A stretch of 64,000 nucleotides of DNA, from assembly GCA_049324475.1 (NCBI GenBank), contig JBMOOO010000011.1, positions 232,846 to 296,845 of the forward strand, read 5' to 3'. Position numbers and translations under genes: made by a program. The notes beneath the pieces were generated by a model. The model worked only from the letters and a program-made list of their open reading frames with translations, was not told the DNA's origin and searched no databases. Shown here in pieces: positions 62,299 through 64,000 of the stretch. The DNA is from Pseudomonadota bacterium. GTDB taxonomy: Bacteria > Pseudomonadota > Gammaproteobacteria > Pseudomonadales > JADFDG01. Every line of letters starts with the position of its first letter. Position 1 is the first letter of the stretch.

Positions 62299-62703
62299 AT
62301 GACGATCTTGAACAGTAACGGAGCGCAGCGCCAGCGTGCCGGCCGGCATCCGGGCTGGTATGCCTTGCTGGCCTGCGGCGTGCTTTGGACCCTGTGGGCC
62401 TCGCTGGCACCGTCCGCGTCCCTGCCGACGGTGCAGGTCTGGGACAAACTGGCGCATGCCGTGAACTATGCCGTGCTGACCTTGCTGCTGCTGGCGGTGC
62501 AGGCAAAGCCGCGCCTGTTGCTGTCGATGCTGTTGATGGTGGCTTTCGGTGCCGTGATCGAAGTGGTGCAGGCACAGACCGGTTACCGGCGTGGCGAGTG
62601 GCTGGATCTGCTGGCAAACACCGTCGGTGTGGTGTCAGCGGCGGTTGCATGGTTGTTGTCGCGGCGTCTTGCCGGCCACCGCGAAGGAAGCGGCAGACCG
62701 TAG
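62299..62703 (+). CDS. VanZ-family membrane protein
   Basis: 'WDKLAHAVNYAVLTLLL' and 'AVIEVVQ..TGYRRGEWLDLLANTVG'. Confidence 0.75.
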   Translation: MTILNSNGAQRQRAGRHPGWYALLACGVLWTLWASLAPSASLPTVQVWDKLAHAVNYAVLTLLLLAVQAKPRLLLSMLLMVAFGAVIEVVQAQTGYRRGEWLDLLANTVGVVSAAVAWLLSRRLAGHREGSGRP

Positions 62704-63930
62704 TCAGGCGTCGGAAGACGCTTCCGTCATCACGAGCAGGCGATCGATCAGTGCCAGCCGGTCGGCGTCGGACAGTTTTTCCAGCATCGGCAGCAGTTGT
62801 GCCAGGAAGGCCTGGGGATCCTTCAGCAGGTCCGCCGGGTCCGGCATGGCGGTGACCAGCGTCGGAATGCTTTCCGGCGCCTTGGCTGCAGCAGGCTTTG
62901 CCTGTGCCGCTGCGGCCCGGGCCGCACTGTCGACCGCCGTCTGGTTGCCACCGTTGCGGATGGCCTGCTTTGCGGTGCGCTCGGCCGCCTCCAGCATCTG
63001 TTCTGCGGTCAGTTCTGCGGTGGAGGGTGGCAGGGAAACGCCGATACTGACCGTGATGGCGACGGTCATGCCGCGCGGTTTGAATACCTTGAGCCCGATG
63101 GCCTGGCGGATACGTTCGGCCAGCACACGCGCACCCAGCGCGCCGGTCTGCAGCAGCGACAGGGCGAATGCCGATTCGCCGACCCGGGCGAAGGTATCCT
63201 CGCGCCGGCACTTGGAACGGATGGCGTCGGCCACCAGGCCCACCGCCTCGCCGGCGGCGACCCGGCCCTGCTCGCGCAGGATGCGCTCGTGGTTGTCGAT
63301 GATGATGTAGAGCAGGGTGTGCTCGTTGCCGTGCCGCAGGCAGAACGAATGGTCCTTGATGGTTTCCTGGCAGAAATAATCACGGTTGCCCGCCCGGGTG
63401 TCTGCATCCAGCAGGACCAGTTCGCGCAACGTGTTGTTGCTCTGGCGCAACTGCGTGGCGCGCTGTGACGTGCTGCACCACGCGCGCGCTCGGGTGACCA
63501 GGTCGACCGGATCGAACGGCTTCAGGATGAAATCGGTGGCGCCGGCTTCAATGGCCGCACGGCGGGTGGCTTCATCGCGCTCGCCGCTGGTGATGATGAT
63601 GGCCGGCAGATCGGCAAGTCGGGAATCGGTGGACGCACGCAGCCGCCGGATCAGGGCGTTGCCGTCCAGGGTCGGAATGTTCTGTTCGGTGAAGACGGCG
63701 GCGATGTCCGGAATCGACTCCAGCAGCTCCCACGCGGCGGCACCGTCCTCGGCGAGATAGACGCCGAAGTGGGGCTCCAGCAGCTTGCGCGCGGCGACCA
63801 GGGTGACCTTGGAGGGGTCTACCACCAGAACGGACGGCTGGGTGTCGTTGCGTGCTTCGGGCATGAGCGGGTCCGTGGCTTCCTTTATAGGTGTCCGGGC
63901 ATCGCCCGGCCGGGGTTCCATTCCGGACAC
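62704..63930 (-). CDS. atypical receiver / degenerate GGDEF domain protein (candidate c-di-GMP effector)
   Basis: REC fold with 'VLVVDPS', 'AAVFTEQNIPTLDG' (Glu where the phospho-Asp is expected) and 'DFILKPF'. GGDEF fold with 'DADTRAGNRDYF', 'RREDTFARVGESAFAL' (GGDEF replaced by GESAF, RxxD retained) and 'AKQAIRNGGNQ'. The start could instead be 63921 or 63864. Confidence 0.8.
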   Translation of the reverse strand: MSGMEPRPGDARTPIKEATDPLMPEARNDTQPSVLVVDPSKVTLVAARKLLEPHFGVYLAEDGAAAWELLESIPDIAAVFTEQNIPTLDGNALIRRLRASTDSRLADLPAIIITSGERDEATRRAAIEAGATDFILKPFDPVDLVTRARAWCSTSQRATQLRQSNNTLRELVLLDADTRAGNRDYFCQETIKDHSFCLRHGNEHTLLYIIIDNHERILREQGRVAAGEAVGLVADAIRSKCRREDTFARVGESAFALSLLQTGALGARVLAERIRQAIGLKVFKPRGMTVAITVSIGVSLPPSTAELTAEQMLEAAERTAKQAIRNGGNQTAVDSAARAAAAQAKPAAAKAPESIPTLVTAMPDPADLLKDPQAFLAQLLPMLEKLSDADRLALIDRLLVMTEASSDA

Positions 63931-64000
63931 CGGCCCGGTTGCGGATGCCGGGGCAGTGTCCCCCTTATTGTGACGTCGAGCATCCCGCGTTCAAGTGGGA

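Overview
GC-rich (GC3-dominated codon usage), almost fully coding chromosomal segment with gammaproteobacterial (Pseudomonas/Alcanivorax-like) gene order. The backbone is conserved housekeeping synteny. It comprises trpS-scpA-scpB-rluB, and a minus-strand SDR/HAD-phosphatase/ubiG/mtaD-like block divergent from a long gyrA-serC-pheA-hisC-tyrA::aroA-cmk-rpsA-ihfB-lapA-lapB-pyrF string with many 1-14 nt start/stop overlaps. It also comprises rsmC, hyi, tandem slyD, rluA-family/cmoB/cmoA, gap, tatD and pntAA-pntAB-pntB. There are three tRNAs (Glu-UUC, Gly-GCC, Gly-CCC). I saw no rRNA, CRISPR array, transposase, integrase or recognisable phage-defence gene. The many long ORFs antisense to these genes are high-GC shadow ORFs. 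The content worth a second look is accessory and mostly lipid- or envelope-related: (1) an alpha-dioxygenase-type haem peroxidase fused to a roughly 300-aa C-terminal domain with a catalase-core-like motif chain. (2) A secreted PI-PLC-like enzyme carrying C-type-lectin EPN/xND motifs. (3) A head-to-head junction near 29.73 kb where an OMPLA gene and an M50-protease/HlyD fusion gene both appear to have lost their 5' ends. (4) Downstream of that remnant, a SecA-like protein with degenerate ATPase motifs and a small membrane-fusion protein, a poorly understood three-gene export-type module and my best candidate for an undescribed system. (5) Two tandem secreted zinc PLC/P1-nuclease-superfamily paralogues sharing a 124-nt near-identical tract, followed by a His-tailed parvulin and an anchored coiled-coil protein. 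(6) A large acidic lipoprotein of unknown function. (7) A receiver-GGDEF protein with Glu at the phospho-acceptor position, a dead GGDEF motif and an intact I-site. All functional calls come from motif recognition by eye; no database search was possible.
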